This document shows, piece after piece, positions 63,747 through 64,000 of a stretch of DNA of 64,000 nucleotides. The notes under the pieces were generated by a model. It worked only from the letters and a program-made list of their open reading frames with translations, made no database searches and was not told the DNA's origin. A program made the translations under genes and the position numbers. Each line of letters begins with the position of its first letter. Within the stretch, counting starts at the first letter, position 1. This DNA comes from Podarcis filfolensis. Lineage: Eukaryota. The stretch lies in NCBI GenBank assembly GCA_964270895.1, contig OZ185437.1; one strand, given 5' to 3'.

Positions 63747-64000
63747 TCCTCTGCCACTTTTTTTCCATTAACAAAATGGAACATTAAGTCAACATTAGTT
63801 AACAGTGCTTGGATCCCAGACTAACATAAAAGGCACCTCAGAATGTGGAGTTCAATGACAACAAGATTTTGCAAGTTTTATTCTGTCAGTTTCAGTCTGT
63901 ACAGAACAGCAGTACATGAAGAATCTACTTAATTATAGTCCCCCTTCCTTAAAACCTGAGTCAAGAAAATATTTTAAGACTTCTTACACCATGAAGCAGG

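Overview
Vertebrate genomic DNA, almost certainly from a squamate lizard (lacertid-like, judged from Sauria SINEs and squamate MITEs). It corresponds to the conserved MTRES1(C6orf203)-BEND3-PDSS2 block (human 6q21). (1) MTRES1, + strand: CpG-island promoter at ~8.3-9.0 kb and three coding exons (11384-11820, 12433-12505, 14029-14205; 228 aa). (2) BEND3, - strand: CpG island at ~29.9-31.6 kb and three coding exons (25556-25514, 24529-24315, 20886-18661; 827 aa). (3) The last five coding exons of PDSS2, - strand (57242-57168, 50801-50628, 49434-49303, 47857-47822, 41621-41463); its 5' part lies beyond the window. I checked all coding splice junctions by hand: they are GT-AG and keep frame. The rest is intron or intergenic DNA with Sauria SINEs, other tRNA-derived SINEs, CR1/L2 fragments, hAT, Tc1/mariner and Harbinger-type MITEs, and microsatellites. 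I found no clearly new protein-coding system. The best leads are regulatory: a CpG-island-like hAT element carrying BEND3-type motifs inside BEND3's own last intron; a perfect RFX X-box written in PDSS2 codons ~10 kb upstream of the BEND3 promoter; a possible in-frame N-terminal extension of MTRES1, plus a 2-codon uORF overlapping its start; and a decayed tRNA-Glu next to a headless SINE. Gene and repeat-family names come from my recall of orthologues and consensus sequences, not from a database search.
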